A stretch of DNA of 64,000 nucleotides, taken from Laetmonice hystrix (taxonomy: Eukaryota). The notes below the pieces were generated by a model. That model was not told the origin of the DNA and did no database searches. It saw only the letters and a program-made list of their open reading frames with translations. Of this stretch, positions 39,907 through 54,371 are shown in pieces (positions within the stretch are counted from its first letter, which is position 1; each line of letters opens with the position of its first letter). The DNA lies in contig OZ249445.1 of the NCBI GenBank assembly GCA_965235115.1, positions 2,046,001 to 2,110,000 on the forward strand, given 5' to 3'. Made by a program: the position numbers and the translations under genes.

Positions 39907-40126
39907 CAGGGTTTCCGCCAGAAAAAAATTAATGGGGGGGTCTGGGGGCCCTCCCCCAGAAATTGTTTTTTCATGAACTCCGGAGATGCGTTTTCCTGGC
40001 ATCTCAGAGCGAGAATAGCTTAAAAAAAGACACTGCTCTGCAGATTTATGGGGGGGATATCCCCCCCATGTCCCAATCATGGGGGGGATAAATCCCCCCC
40101 CGTCCCCCCCTCTGGCGGATGCCCTG
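39907..40126. mobile_element. MITE with CAGGG termini
   Basis: CAGGGTTTCCGCCAGA / TCTGGCGGATGCCCTG termini; flanking direct repeat ATTAC on both sides. Confidence 0.75.
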
Positions 40127-42938
40127 ATTACTAGTATACGTCGTTTACATGTAAACATATCTCTTATGGTATTTTTAGTTTAGTTTCCACCGTGTATTTG
40201 TGAAAGTATTGATGTTTTTGTTTCAATTGCGAAAATATTTGTCGGAAAGAGTCATCAGACAGTGCCTGGTTACAAGAAAGGTCGCTGGTGTCTGGTCCCT
40301 CCGATCTGAAAAAAAGGAATTTGAATACACTTATGCAAATTAACAAGAGTGGCGTTCAGAGACTTGAAGGGGGAGCAGGGTTCTTCCTGTTGTCCACCCG
40401 TCTCCTTCCCCTAGGGGTTCACGCGTTTGGGGGCGGCAGGCAGCACTAGCTGTCCTTGTTGCCATGCAGACATCAGCCTAGACTATACTAATACAAAAAA
40501 CTGTGCACGTATGTAAAATAATCAGTAAGTAAATACATTTAAGGGAAGTAAATGACGAATTGGAACGATGAACAAGTAAGCCAGTATAATAATATAAGGG
40601 AATTTATATTTATGTAAATCAGATGGTGAGAATTCAGCGATTACAGTTTCTTATATTGGTAGGTGTATTGAATCGATGCGTTTTCTGTTGAGAAACTACC
40701 AGTGAGTATCTTTTGATTTCTACAGTTTCCAGACTGAGGAATCAATTTACGAATCATCGACTAACGTTGGTGGGGCGTTATAAACCACTCCAAGGCTTTG
40801 TTAGACTCAGTAAGGAAGGCTACCCGTTGTGCCTTCTTTGATCGTAAATCACTTCGATTGCTCTGTAGTCGCAGTTAATTAAACCTTTTATTTCGCTGAA
40901 CTGAAGAGAATATTGGGGAGTAATTACTGAGCTGTCTGCCGAGTGAATATCTAGGTTGTGTTATTGTTTCATGATGACATGATAACAGCTCATGCCCCAT
41001 TGTTCTCCAGAAGAAAGTTTGTCTCGTCATTACAACAGTAAAAATACACCAAAAGTCTGAACTGCAGTTTGACGAGAATTCAGGAGAAATATCGGTTTTC
41101 CTCCGACGTGGATGGCTTTTATTTCAGCATCTTCTTGCATAGACACAGTTGATAGAGTTGAAAGGACAACAGCTGCTTGAGGGATGGTGGGGGTCCCAAC
41201 AGTCAGAACTGCTCCAGTGCCCTCTACCACCGTCGTAAATGTACTAGCGCTGTCGATAAGTGGATGTATTTCGACTTAGATTGGAGTCGTATGTATCATG
41301 CCACCCTTTGGCCCCGTGACCATGACACAAAGTGGTTATTGGCCCTTTCATCAGGCCAGAACACTTTCCTGAGGGCTTAGTTTACAGCACTAGGGAATTG
41401 AAGAATGTACCAAGAAAGTGGAGAGTTCTAGCATGGTTCTGAGTGTCAGGTTGCGGACATCAGGGCGGGTATTGGGTAGAAAGATTTCGTATGGTATCCA
41501 GAGAATTTGTGACTGTCCGGATATCCCTTGTGGAGGTTCTTCCTGTCTGTTAATCATGCTCGGTGCCATCGGAAGGACAAGAAGTCGGTCGACTGTACAG
41601 GATACGGTCTGAGAAAGCGTCCTATTTGTGTTCAGGAAACTGGGCCATATGGTGATGTTCTTGGCAGACGGTCTATGTTATTTCTAGGAAATGTGCTATT
41701 CTGGGGGGGGGGGGGGGGGACGTAGGAGGCTCACTGTAAGCTTCCTAGTGATAGATGTCGGGAAGTAAGGCGGGAGCTCCCGTTGAACTGGCTGTCAGCC
41801 CTGACGGTACAGAACCGGGTGGAGTGGATGGGAAGGTTGGAGATTCATCGTCTCGGGCCAACAGGAGGCCACCCAATAGGTTGGTGGAAAGCCTCAGTCT
41901 TCAGTTCCTTGTCCTAGCTGTTCCCCAGTATATAAGTGAAAGTCCCTTATCACCCGAATCCTGTTGTATTATTTCCCGGAATGCTCAAGCTACAAGTCTC
42001 CTTACAACTGGAGAGACTGAATAAGGACCTGCATGTTTGGTATGCATCGGAGACAGCAGGAGGTAGCGGAGCCCTGCCCTACCCTTCCCTCCTCCTCCGT
42101 ACGGCTAGCCCATCCAAGGGCCATCGGCTGCACAGCCCCACCGTCAGCACGGCCCGTATTCCCTGGGGCTCGTGAGGGAAATAGAGAAAATCAGAAAATG
42201 AAGATGGAACCGGGTGCAGCAGTGATAGGGCAGCTGGTGGTATATTGGCCTGTCTCTGTCGGCCTCACCGGCCAGTGTCGACGCTGCAGTCTCATTCGGA
42301 AAGCTCTGCTTTACGGTACAGCCATACGTTACATGGTGCCTTGCACCCAGGTGGGTAGGACAAATTGTTTTGAGAGACGCCAAGGTTTTACTGCGCACCA
42401 AGTCCATCACCTGACGGCCGTGTATGAAGACCCAGTCCGCGCTTATTTTAATCGCAAGATTGCGTCATAACTAGGACTGTACAATTTGCCCCCGTGTCAG
42501 GAACCTCCGGTAAATACCTCACGTAGCGACCAACCAATTGGTGTTTACGGCATGGAGTGTGTGAGTCAGGGAGATTTGGAAGGCCATTGAACCCCAGGCC
42601 ATGGTGCCCTTGACTGTGACCCCGCGCTAGGCCGGGAGGAGGCGGTGGAGGGTGGGGTATTTAGGTTGAGAACTTGGGAGGTAGGTTAGGTGGCCAGGAA
42701 GGTATTTCAGGCGGTATTTAGGGAAAGTTTGGAATTGATCAGCTGCTGTCATTAACAAGAGCGTTCTATTTCACCTGTACAAGCCCTTTGATGTGATGAA
42801 GCCAGTTACCTGCCAACCGTGGCTGGATCAATAAATGCACATAGTGTTGGCAGGGGTTCGCCCACCCGCCATCGGGATATTCCCTCCCACACGAGTCGGA
42901 TGTAGCGGTGGGCAGGCCCTGCTACTGCGCAAAGCAGA

Positions 42939-42939
<1 letters not shown>

Positions 42940-43008
<69 letters not shown>
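42940..43008. repeat. Pure (CTG)23 trinucleotide tract
   Basis: 23 uninterrupted CTG followed by CCGCCGCCA. Confidence 0.98.
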
Positions 43009-43010
<2 letters not shown>

Positions 43011-43844
43011 GCCGCCACCTCAGGTACCACCACACTGGTGCTGCCGCCGCTACAAGTCTAGGATTCTTGTATTTTAGTTTTCTGATGTCATCACGAGTAA
43101 GAAGACAACTATGACTCGTAGTGGCGGAATCGAGCTGCTGCCTGGAGCTATTCAAAGATGTTTATGTTAGTGCCTGACGTAATAAGTGCCAGAGATGATG
43201 AGGAAAGTACCTGTACAGGAAGAGGAGTGGGCCCATGGAGGGTAGGAGGGGCTGTAGGGGTTTTTAGTGGTGGTGGTGGGGGGGGGGGGGGTGTAACTAC
43301 TACTACCTCCGTCGTTGAACGATTTATTAGAACTTAGATTCTAGAATGTTCCGAGTCTAATCAAATGGAAGGACGTGATTGGTTGGTTTTACCACATGTG
43401 ACATATGTTCTCTTTCTACTTCCAGTTATTGACCAGGTATCTATACAAGAAATACGCGGTGTTTGTTGAACATTTCTGACATGATAATCTGTAGGGGCAC
43501 ATATTGCCATACACACAGGGTGCTGGCCGACCCCAGGGGAGGGGTAACATACACATAACGGGCCAGAGCACTGACCACAGGCTGACCGACACATACGCCA
43601 TCCACCTGATTGGATGAAAGTGACGTCAGTAAATAAGTTTCTCACAGGGCCCCGTCAAAGATATCGGTAGAGTGAAGTGCGCGCCTTGAGATACCTGGAA
43701 CCTGTGAATGCAGGGGTCAGGGATTGAGAGAGTATGCTTGAATCAGCAACATTCCACTCCTTGTCTCGGGGATGGAATTAACGTGGATACCCGGATCTAT
43801 CATTTCCTTGTGTTTGGGATTATTTGTGTGACGTGTCTCTCAAC

Positions 43845-44126
43845 AATAGAGAGAGAGAGAGCTCTCCAATAGCTATGCTAGCTTCCCTTAACAATAAGTG
43901 AACATCTCGCTCTCAACACTTGCAACAAACCAACAAATACACACGTCCCAAGACAGTACCTTGTGGTAGCGAAGGGATGGGGGTTTTTTTTATAGAAAAT
44001 CGCCGCCGTCGTCGTTAAGAACAGGAAATGCTTTCTGTTCAGATGTGATGAATGTGGTGCTGCCGGGTGTATGTTTAATGGAGGCTAATCGGAGAATAGA
44101 AGCTCTCCAAATATAGTGCCATACAC
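43845..44126 (+). other. Candidate non-coding 5' exon of HIPK
   Basis: Follows a (GA)n tract and ends in a consensus donor CAC|GTAAGT at 44126/44127. The frame matching the HIPK acceptor contains a TAG, so it would be UTR. Confidence 0.3.
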
Positions 44127-45995
44127 GTAAGTATGGAGGACGGGAGGGGGTGCATAGAAAAGGGTGACTGGGGTAGGGTGGAGATGAGACTCAGCATAGT
44201 AGACATCAGTTGTACAAAAAATATCCCCTGGGGCGGGTAGGAGGGCTGGGGGACGCGCTCTAAAATAAACTGACTTACCTGACTCTGTACGTGGGGGGAG
44301 GGGGTGGCAGGGTAAGAAAGGGGTAGGGAGGGCAGGGGTACTGTAGTCAGCCGAGGGGAACTAGGTATGAAATTAATAATGACGATGATGCGGTAATTGC
44401 GGATGGATAGGGAGTAAAAGTTGTTGGTGGAGATGACACTTCCGACCGGTCACTGCCTGACATCTGTTAGGCTGACTGGAGACTGGTTATACTTTAAAAG
44501 TTGAACTAAGATTCAAAGGTCAAACTGAGTCAGCCCAGACAAAGGTTTTCGACTGCTAGCGTATTCCATGCATGACGGAAAATATATTTGGTATGAGTAA
44601 CACCCAAAAAATATGACAACGCTCTTTTCTTTATTTTATAATTTAGATTCATTGTAAACAGACGTAAACTGACCTGGCGTCTTTTAAGTGTTTGCCAAGA
44701 AGTATTTTAGTTGTAAATTATTCAGCCCGTTTTGAAGTAGAGCTCCTGTCCTGGTTTGAAAAAGAGCAGAGACGTGTAGACGTCGGACGGCAACAAGACT
44801 GAATGTCTCCGTATTGTTTTATGATGTCATCCAAGGTCATCCAAGGTCGAGGCACCTCAAATTTCTCGCTTCCTTTCTGTGGACCTTAGTGCGAACTCTC
44901 TTGACTCTCACATAAAGAAGTGTAGCTACTGTCATTTTTAAACCTCATGGAATATCTTCCAGCCAAGTTAGTAAAGAGTGTCATTGTGCCGGTTATACAG
45001 GAACATGCTCTGTGTTATTGGTACTGCGAGCAAGTCGCAGGCGTGCTCCGAACTTGAATTTGGAAACAGTTCCTGTTGTCAGGCAATCGTCGGTCTGTTC
45101 CAGCAACCCGTACTTTTAGCAGACATTGACGTCAGATGTTTTTTAAAGACAGTTTGTAATTTTTTTCGGGGACTCCCATTTTAAAGCATTGCATTGTGGG
45201 CTTGTTTACCAGGCCAAGTTATTTTTAAACATTGCATGCTCAGGCCATAAATAGATCTAATAAAGAGATTTTGTGATGGATCATCACTTTGTTGCAGTAA
45301 ACAGTGTGAATCTTGGATTAAAACCACAGGAAAATTTTCTTTTAATTTGTTTGAAAAAAATAAGCAATAAGTGACTGAGTGGGCATATTCTAAAATAATC
45401 ACTAAATGAAGAAATTTCAAATTTCTCGCCGGAAGTGTTGACATGTTTAAAGTGTGCTTCTTAACTGTTAATTGTCCATAAGTTACAAAGAGAAGGAAGC
45501 AGGTGTGGTTTAGGCAGTTAAGTGTTAACTCTGAGTCCAGTTTATATCTGGTTATTGTGTTACTGTAGCCGGTAGGAGGGTGACATAGACGGCCAGGACC
45601 ATCCTGACCATGGTCAGAATGTGTTGGTAATGCTGGCACGTATTGCTGGGTGACAGTACCAACAGGCCAGAGCGTTATTATCGCACCGCTGTCATTATAG
45701 GTCACCATTGCCGCTGTACAAATGAAGCATTGTAACCTCAAGGAAGCGGGAATAAATGGTATTTCTGACCGGTGTTGATGGCATGAAAGTTTGATTTGCT
45801 TTGATCGAGCTGCACAGCTGCTGAGGTTGTGAGCTTGTGAACCCAGCCCCGTTCAGGACGGACACGGGATGGTGATGATAACACTGTAATAACTTAGGAT
45901 GTGCTAATAAAATATGAATTGTGGGGTTTAGATAAGTGCTAGTCCGAGTCCATGTGACCAGAGGACGGCAGAAGACGGCACATGGATCCCATCGT

Positions 45996-46822
45996 GTCCC
46001 TCAAGCTTGGTTGAGTCTGTACAGTCCCTCAAGCTTGGTTGAGTCTGTGCAGTCCCTCAAGCTTGGTTGAGTCTGTGCAGTCCCTCAAGCTTGGTTGAGT
46101 CTGTACAGTCCCTCAAGCTTGGTTCAGTCTGTGCAGTCCCTCAAGCTTGGTTCAGTCTGTAGCCTACAGTCCCTCAAGCTTGGTTCAGTCTGTGCAGTCC
46201 CTCAAGCTTGGTTCAGTCTGTAGCCTACAGTCCCTCAAGCTTGGTTCAGCCTGTACAGTCCCTCAAGCTTGGTTCAGTCTGTACAGTCCCTCAAGCTTGG
46301 TTCAGTCTGCAGTCCCTCAAGCTTGGTTCAGTCTGTACAGTCCCTCAAGCTTGGTTCAGTCTGTGCAGTCCCTCAAGCTTGGTTCAGTCTGTGCAGTCCC
46401 TCAAGCTTGGTTCAGTCTGTGCAGTCCCTCAAGCTTGGTTCAGTCTGTAAAGTCCCTCAAGCTTGGTTCAGTCTGTAGCCTACAGTCCCTCAAGCTTGGT
46501 TCACTCTGTGCAGTCCCTCAAGCTTGGTTCAGTCTGTGCAGTCCCTCAAGCTTGGTTCAGTCTATGCAATCCCTCATGCTTGGTTCAGTATGTACAGTCC
46601 CTCAAGCTTGGTTCAGTCTGTGCAGTCCCTCAAGCTTGGTTCAGTCTGTGCAGTCCCTCAAGCTTGGTTCAGTCTGTGCAGTCCCTCAAGCTTGGTTCAG
46701 TCTATGCAATCCCTCAAGCTTGGTTCAGTCTGTACAGTCCCTCAAGCTTGGTTCAGTCTATGCAGTCCCTCAAGCTTGGTTCAGTCTGTACAGTCCCTCA
46801 AGCTTGGTTCAGTCTGTGCAGT
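45996..46822. repeat. 28-bp minisatellite, about 29 copies
   Basis: Unit CAGTCCCTCAAGCTTGGTTCAGTCTGTG, with 33-bp (+AGCCT) and 26-bp variants. Confidence 0.97.
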
Positions 46823-49081
46823 ATTTCTACGATCAGTCTACATTATGGTGTTAACATCAATGATAGTGGTCCATCATCAACTGGGTTTCCAAAAGGCTGA
46901 ATCACTCCGAGCAATTTGTCTGGGTGAATAAATGTTAGAGCCGTTCTGAGGCATTGCTTTAAATCTTGCATCTCATCGAAAAGCCAAAGACGCCAAAGAT
47001 CTGCTGCGGATGGATTAAATCTTGAAAGATTATGCGCGGCGTGGCTTAATTTGGTAAGCACCGTGTTTATTGTAAGCGTCTGTAGTTGATGGATTTGGCC
47101 AGCAGAGTGGCGGCGGGTAGGGTGGTGGTGGGGGTGGTTGTGGTGGGGGGGGGGGGGGGGCCTGTTAAACCAGTTGAAGTGAACCACCGCCAGGGTAGAG
47201 GCTATTGTTGGTGAAGGAACTGGAGATGTGGACTGGAGGTTGATAGATTGGCCAGTTGTTGTGTGTACTGTTGCCGTTAGAGGACAAGGGGTAGGTGTAT
47301 AAGAAGACTAGATTGGCAGGCCCACAATACCCCCCCCCCCCACCCCACCCCCACCCCCGGCCTGGGCCGCGCCTGACGTCCAGGCAGAGGCCAGGCCGTA
47401 CGTCGTAGGCTGTTTGTAAATCCTGCCCGGTTTTCTCACCGATGCCAAGTGTATTGTTGTGACCGAAGCTTGCTATCATGACCAGTATAAAGATACTCAT
47501 TGGGTGCCGTGCTGACCTGTCCATGTTCGCGGCAGCCTGGCTCGGTTTGGCACGGTGTTGACACTGTAATACCACGAGGTAGTGGTGTTATTATTCAGAC
47601 TTGTCACCTGGGAGTTTGGTACAGAGAGACAGACGGGCGGACACCGTATGGGGGCCGACAGCCCGGCCGGCCGCGGGGCGGGGCGGGCGGACCTTGTGTT
47701 GGATCATTTACAGGACTGCCGCAGGTTACTGGCCGGGTGGGGACTGCCATACCAACCGCTGACCCCAACACTGCAGTGGTCAGTGTACTGAGTGGATACC
47801 ACCTCGTAACACCGATACTGTATGAAGTGATCGTTGATACAGACCCCACAACTGATAGGGTAACGTGATCGCAGCCCCACGGGCAACCTGGGATCAGTAA
47901 TCAAGGACAAGTTTTCCGACACTAGGGGGCGTGCGTGGTTGGCATGGAGGATTCATTGTTACAATTCGTTGTGTGATCAGTGTGATGTGGGGGAAGCCTG
48001 ACAGGAGAAGGAAGGAGAGCTGCTATGGCCAGCCTCCCCGGCAGAATCACCTCATTCAGACCACAGTATGGCAGGCTGATTCCTACATGACCAAATCGAC
48101 TACAGAACAGTTCCCATGGTGGGGATTCAGTACAGGTTGGTGTTCGGTTGGCTTTACCCACGGTGAAAAACCAGAGCAGATCCTTTGAATTAGGCGGACA
48201 ATTTGTAAGTCGTGCGTGTTTCATAGTTAGGATCAGGTGTGAGAAGCCTGGAGGGGCTAGTGCCAAGGTCTCAACACATCTATGAAACCTGACTATCTGA
48301 TATAAAATATTGTTACGTAGTACGATAACACAAGGTGACCTATGAACTCTTAGTGTTAAGTTCCAAAGGAGACAAAATCCTGTATTGTGAAATCAAGTAC
48401 ATATTATTGTAATGTATTTTGTTGAGACCATCTCATGAAATAATTCCCTGAAATGGGCATAGGGTGCAGAGTTTGTTGAACATATAGAGTGGGGCTGTCC
48501 GGGCGGGGCCGAGCTGAGGGCTGGGCAGCTGATGGTAGCTCTCATGTGTCAGTGTCAGACGGGTATGTCCCAGGATCCCACGTCATGTGGGAGGCCAGCT
48601 TTCTGACTGTACATATCGATGGGGATGGATGGTATCTGAGGCCAACAGCTGTGTTACCGGGTTCACCAGCCTACACCCTGGCCCCACATTCAAACACTGG
48701 GTCAGAGCTTTCACTCAAATATCAACCCCCCTCCCCCCCCCCCCCCCGACAAAAACAGACACCAAAACAAAAACATTAAAACAAAAAAAAACGCACAAAA
48801 AAAAGGCAATGAAAGAATGATGGCATATTTAGGACAGGATATTTGGTTTGCAAACTGTGGACCTGTAAGTAAGACGCTATAAATTGAGACATGGGACATT
48901 GTTAATATCCTGTGTGTGGTGTATCATTGACAGTTGCCGGTGTGAGAGAGGATGTCGGCCTAAAGTACTTGCCGTCACTCAGGGTGGTTCTTACCATATA
49001 ACATTAAAAATAGCGCTCGGCCGCGGCGCTAGTGTCAATCTCTTTGGAATAAAAAAGAAAGATTTTTTAAATCAGTGGTAA

Positions 49082-50353
<1,272 letters not shown>

Positions 50354-52847
50354 TAAGGTGTTATAGTGTACCTCTAGTATTGCACATAGTCACTGGGGAC
50401 AGGTGGAGCCACTGTGCAGGTGCAGATTTTTCGCACTAAATGTAGCATAACTACGTCAGAACCATATGAAAACTTTAAATTTTGCATAAAATCCAAATGT
50501 TGCACAACATTTGACAATTTTTTGTTTTGGGCCATACCACACTTGCACATTGTCTCCATCTATGAGCTCATGGTAATTGGCGTTCCTGTTGCTTACTTTG
50601 GGATTATTGTGAACTTTGCCGCCATCATAAAAACAACCTTTGATCACCCAGTATCATTGTGCCTCCCTGTCATGCCTTGTGGTAATCCCAGACGAGATCA
50701 TATTGACCCCTCCAGGTGATTGAGGTGCTTAGTATTGGGACGCAGTGTAGCAGTGGATGATGTATTGAGACAGGTCTGTTGCCAAGAACAACAGAATATG
50801 AAATGGTGAACTGATGACATTTGGAAGGACCGATAATAGAAAAAGGCTCTCTTGTGACTCAGCTAGGTTGTGCTGTAGCAAAGCATTGGTGCAGCAGTGA
50901 AAAAGGCCAACGTTTCTTGCATAACTCGCTCAGGCTGGGCATGGGATGGTTGTTCTATGGCAAATAATTGACAGAAAGAACCGCATTGATAATCATTAGT
51001 GGTCTTGTTCGTTTGTGAATGTAGCAGGAATAATTACCTATATTAGAGCTGGATTTAATTGGAATTGGAAGATACAAAACGCTATGGAACTTGGCAGAAC
51101 ATGACTTTCTTATTGGTTTGTTTAAATGATGCTGATAAAAATAACACTTAAAGAGCTCATCTACTGCTGTAGATGTAGTCACCAGCATTTAATTATTTAG
51201 TCTTTAACTCTGACATGGTAATGGAAGATATATAATAAGGACTCTCGAGAGTCAGAGAAAAATACTTTTTCAGTGTTTGTGCGTGTATGTGAGTGTGAGT
51301 TTGACATGGATGATGTTGTAGGGAGGGTGGTAGTTAGGAATGATGACGGAGATGTTGTGAGAAGATGGTTGTTGTGTGGGATGTGATGTGATCGATTGGC
51401 TCAGACTGCTGCCAGATGCAGCGAGCCCTCGCCGCCAGAAGGCAGGCAGGCAGGCAGCGATGAACATTTGATGACGATGCCAGTGTGCTCCGTTCATCTC
51501 ATCTACTTACCGGTAGCTGCGTGGCAACAGCACACCAGGCACCACAAAACAAGGCCCTTTTGTCACGTTTCATATAATTTATTTCCAAATTTCCAAATTT
51601 GAAAAATTAAAGACATGTTGGATATAAAAATAAATGAATCTAATTCACGTTTCACTTCACACACAATGTATTGTGTATGTGTGTATGTTATGAATTACAA
51701 TATATTATTATGGGCAGAATTTGAAATGGATTAATTCAAATATTAGATGTTATTTGAAGATGTCACTGTTATTAAACATGACTTGCAATTATGATCAGAT
51801 TAATAGTGAATATTCTGATCGGTGGAGGAGAGGGAACTGTCTTTAGTCCCTAGTGATGTACCCAGTATATGAGGTACATTTAGTTAGGACATTCACAGAG
51901 GTTTAATTGGTACAGTGGCCCAGATGGTGGCGGTCGTTACGTTAATAATTGCTGCCGTGTAATGGTCCCATCGTGCCCTGAATGGTGGCTGTGTACAGGC
52001 CGCTCCTGGCCGCCGCTAACGGCTGCACTTTTACATTGTGCTAATTGCTCTCATGAAATCGGATCTCCACTGTTTAAAGAAACGTTTGTAGCCCGAACAA
52101 ATGTCGCGGTTACAAAGTGAACAGAGAGGAGACCCTTAAATTGTTTGTTAAAAATTGTAGTTATAGAAATAGTCAGGCAACACGATCAGCTAATGTTCCA
52201 GAATGGAAAGCGACTGCATCTTGAATTGTAAAGATTCCAGGTAAGGGAAACTACAAACACGGACAAACACAATGTGTGGAAGTACATTTTGAAGACATCA
52301 GATGTAAACATGCTCAGTTTCTATGGAGCTAGAAGTGGGGAGGATTAGATTAGTAATCCCATGGCACACCCCAAACATGACCTTGTTGTGAACTATGCTA
52401 GTGCCTTCGTCACAAAACTCCCTATGTGCTGTGGCTTACCAGCGACGTGAGATGATTGACTACCAGGCGGTGTATAGGACAAGATAAGTATATCGTCCTA
52501 TGTCAGTGAGACTGTATCCTGCTGAAAAAATACAATCTTCTTCTATTTATAAAACGTAGCTGTCTGATGCTATGACTTCAAGGTCAACCTCCCATGGTTT
52601 AGCTTGGGCCTGAGCTCAAGGGGTAGAATGCAGGATGCCCTTTGACAACTCAAGATGTCATTGCCCCACAAACTGAGCTGGCTGACGTATCAAGTGCGTA
52701 CTGCGAAATATCAACTAGAAGCATTCGAACACAGATTGTGCGGTAACCTTGAACTGTTACCAGTTGAAGTAATCGGTTTATATAACCGGTGTGCCGCATG
52801 GTGACGACCCCAGTGACCCGGTTTAGTTCGGTTCTGGAACAAAAGGT

Positions 52848-53109
52848 GTGCACAAACAGCCTGGGAACAAACCCCCAGATCTTCATGTCCTGGGATCGTG
52901 TTTGTCTCTCAGACAATAACAAAAGGTATGCACAAACAGCAACAAATCTTCATGTCCTTGCAATGAGTGAGAGTAGAGCAAGGTGTTACCGTGTTTGTCT
53001 GTCAAACAATAACAAAATTTGTGCACAAACAGCCTGGGAACAAACCCCCAGATCTTCATGTCCTTGCAATGAGTAGAGCAAGGTGTTACCGTGTTTGTCT
53101 CTCAGACAA
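52848..53109. repeat. Three degenerate tandem units of about 80-95 bp
   Basis: Recurrent GCACAAACAGC...ATCTTCATGTCCT...CGTGTTTGTCT; units 1 and 3 share CCTGGGAACAAACCCCCAG. Confidence 0.85.
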
Positions 53110-54305
53110 ATCTCGGTCAGAGTCGAGGGCGTTGACCTGCATTTTGCTATTCAACATCGCGCATAATATATTGATTTTTTTGTTCTGTGTTGATGCTTTC
53201 ATCACCAGTTCGTTCACCAGCTGATCGCTGGAGACAGCTGGCTGATCGATTTGTCGCCTACAGACCGGCGGGCGTCCGCCTGTCTACTGAGATGTCTTTG
53301 GGATACGGATCATCTTTGTCAACCTGTGAATTCAAGAAATGTAGCAAGAACCTTATAAATATTTTAGTCCTGCCCCTACGTGGTGAAGTGCCAAGTATGA
53401 CACAGGAGAACAAAGACTGCAGGGGTTTTGAGCACCTAACCATTTCTGCGTGTTTTGAGACGCATTTATTAGGCCCTTATAGTTAGGTATACCACTTGGA
53501 CCCTGTGGCCGGGGGTTTCTTGTCTCATCTGATCTTATCACCAGATAGAAAAAATTCAAACTGAATTGTTCCTGTTCTTAAGATGACCTACAGTCGATTA
53601 ATCCACCACCAGGATCCGCACCCATAAATTATTTAAAGATAATTATTTAAAGTGTACACATGGTTGTTATGGTTAAATATAATGCTGTTATTAGGACTTT
53701 TGACTAAGAAAAATCCCAGGGAGGGGGAGGGTGTGGGAGTAGATGAGGGCGGGGCACATGGGCCAGTCACTATCATAATGTGGTGGTGGTGAGGGCGGAC
53801 TATCACTGATAACACATGGTTGGGGTAATTAGTACCTCCATTAATAGCCATGCCCTTTACAACAACAGGCACCTACGAAGTGTCAGCTGTTATTATGGCG
53901 TACCAACTGAAGCTGATAAATCTTAAAATAAATGTTAGATTTAGACGGCATTTAAAAAAGTAACTGCTATATATTTGTAACTAAATTGAAGGTAAACAGA
54001 TCAAAAGAAACCATGGTTGGGTTTTTAAAAATTCTGAAGAGGAAACTATGGAATCTGAGCTAAATAAAAGTGCGTATTGTTGGAAGGGGACGGTAACCGT
54101 CACAGTTGTTGTTGATGATATAAGATGTCCTGATCGGTATTCAAGGAGACTTCAAGGACAAAGTTGTAGTGATTGTGAGGTCGATGTGGAGTACGTCCCA
54201 ATAATCGGGTTTCTCCTCCAACTCAATACATGTCTAGACATGTGTATGGGAGAATTATTGGACGGGAGGAGATTCGGTACCGTTTTCACTAGTCGGACGT
54301 ACACG

Positions 54306-54371
54306 GCGCTGTAAACACTGTTGCTAGGGCATTGTTCAGCGCTGTAAACACTGTTGCTAGGGCATTGTTCA
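54306..54371. repeat. Perfect 33-bp tandem duplication
   Basis: GCGCTGTAAACACTGTTGCTAGGGCATTGTTCA x2. Confidence 0.95.

Noticed and set aside
41755-42470. Cluster of 80-145 aa ORFs upstream of HIPK
   Set aside because: They overlap on both strands in GC-richer sequence, with no recognisable motifs.
42806-43155. Poly-Q, poly-A, poly-L and poly-C ORFs, and a superficial huntingtin-exon-1-like (CTG)n-CCG-CCG-CCA layout
   Set aside because: All arise from one CTG tract. The strand is wrong for a CAG-CCG junction and the flanks show no HTT similarity.
46147-46931. Long overlapping ORFs (up to 235 aa) with repeated SLKLGSV/VPQAWFSL
   Set aside because: They are translations of the 28-bp minisatellite, open in several frames, with no domain content.
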